Assembly (NCBI GenBank): GCA_964658305.1
Contig: OZ210884.1
Span: 4,402,001 to 4,466,000, forward strand
Direction of reading: 5' to 3'
DNA length: 64,000 bases
Source of the DNA: Leptogorgia sarmentosa
Taxonomy: Eukaryota
The notes below the pieces were generated by a model. It saw only the letters and a list, made by a program, of their open reading frames with translations. It was not told the origin of the DNA and made no database searches. Every line of letters starts with the position of its first letter. Position 1 is the first letter of the stretch. The position numbers and the translations under genes are program-made. Shown here piece after piece: positions 62,177-64,000 of this stretch.

Positions 62177-64000
62177 AAACTTCAGAGAATTTAGACATTA
62201 ATTTCAGATTGTGAAATATAATATAGAGTTGGAACATTTTTATCATATAGTGGCGGTGAGCAGGGACGTAACTAGAACGTAAATTTCGGGGCTGAGGGGA
62301 GGAGAGGGAGTGGGGGTATATTCACAGATTCATGTTCTGTCCAACGGATTGCTTTTCAAAACAATTCTAAAACAACCAGTGGCGTAGCCAGAACGATAAT
62401 TGGGGGGGGGGGGGCACGTATTAATATATTCATGTTCTGCGTTATTTATTTCTTTTCAAATTAATTGTTTTTATGGTATGCATGTGAACACGAATGTATG
62501 AATATGCCCTCCCCCCCCCCCCAATTATCGTTCTGGCTGCGCCACTGAACACAACAGATTTCAGATTTGATATATACAGTATGGTGGTCGAAATGCAGCC
62601 CAAAAAGCATTACGAATAAGTATTTCAGACTTTAATCTTAGTGAAAATCATTTACGTGATGTTCGTATACTATAAGGTGAGCTAGCTCATTTAACTTGGC
62701 TGTTTCTTTTGTATATTTCTACCTTTGTGGTCACATGGAGACCAGACTCACCCAAGGCGAGATCTGAACTTCATTATTTATAAGCATAACCTCGCTCTAG
62801 CTGGGATCTCAGTAAAGTTGGATGGACACTTCATCTCACCTGTACTGTCATGATTTGAATTATTTAAAAAATCAGAAAATTTTATCCTGGAATACCATAT
62901 TGTGGAACGGCAAAATTTAGAAAACATTAAAATAAACATTAAAATTATGAAAATGAAGCAGTTGTGCATAGAAGTTGCATGAAATGCAGAGTTTTAAAAG
63001 CTTATCGTGTCTGATCTTATGAAAATGTAGCTAATGCTTCGGGTAAATGCCTGAAATGAAAATGACACCGTGATTCAAAGATAAAATTCCTGCTGCGGTC
63101 AAAGATCAAATTTAATTCAGAGTTTGATGCATATATAGCTAGCTCTTAAATTATCCAGGATCCAACCACAGAGAAAAAGTGTAACTAATAAATATTCAAT
63201 CTAATTTTCCTCGTTAAACTTCTAACATTACACATTATAAACAGCATAATGAGCAGATGGTAGTGTCTGAACATTTTTATTATATATCGGGATATAAATT
63301 CCCTGTGCATGGAAAGACCGTAGCTACCGAAGCTAACAGACTATTGTTGGGCACTATACATAACGCCCACTCCCAAGTCCATACATGTGATCCATTATGG
63401 TTAATTTTAAAAACCGAGATGTCTCGATTCTAATGATTTTTTCGATCACAGTACAGAGCTTTTCTGTAAATTTCGATGTGTCAATAAACGACGTTGTAAT
63501 ACATACTAATTTTTGGGATGCATACATCACTGACAAAATGGTTAGTTCAATGGTTCAAACTAACAAACGTAGGTATGAGCTGCGGCCCTAGTGTGGCCAG
63601 TCTATAGCTGCATAGTGACAATCCAAACCAAATGTATACATGAGTGCACTTCTGTCTGCAGGGAAAAATATGCCAATTGAAAGACATAATTTTGAAATAG
63701 ACGCGCCCTTGAAAAATGTTAATTATATAACCCTGAAAGAAGTCTTTTAGTCTTTGTGTGATAGTTGCACGTCTTTCTGTATATACCGGCCGACACCTCT
63801 CGAGTTCCTTTCAAATCGATCTTGCACGCCAAAGTTGTTGTTTCATTATTGCGAGATTTGGACATGGACGGTAAAATTGACATCGCAAAAGAACAACAGA
63901 TTTAGCCTGTGAATGGTATTATTTTGTATATTTAGCAATTTCTCATTAGTACTAATTGCATTACTTGGAAGAATTCACCTGCGTCTACAAAGAATACCAA

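Noticed and set aside
63354..63885. Possible two-exon minus-strand ORF near the window end
   Set aside because: Splice phases are compatible, but the peptide has no recognisable features and no supporting duplicate.

Overview
AT-rich eukaryotic (animal) genomic DNA with GT-AG introns; the repeat landscape suggests a cnidarian, which is inference only. The window holds five tandem + strand GT92/DUF23 glycosyltransferase genes, each with three coding exons. It also holds two copies of a 22-25 kb block containing: a spliced gene whose product reads as an FGF-like beta-trefoil joined to a pentraxin domain, with an RRKR site; an intronless class A GPCR; and a 5'-truncated CsRn1-clade Ty3/Gypsy element with an open pol ORF. 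The middle GT92 copy is a chimera of its neighbours, from either unequal crossover or a haplotype switch in the assembly. Intergenic DNA is rich in non-autonomous elements. Some are ordinary MITEs with 3, 4, 7 and 8 bp TSDs. At least five unrelated families share an unusual TSD-less layout: an asymmetric inverted repeat plus a long 3' hairpin. Two of these keep an 'M..SRF..SE' protein stub and one forms a head-to-tail trimer, which suggests tyrosine-recombinase (Crypton-like) mobilisation. Everything was read by eye; no database searches were run.
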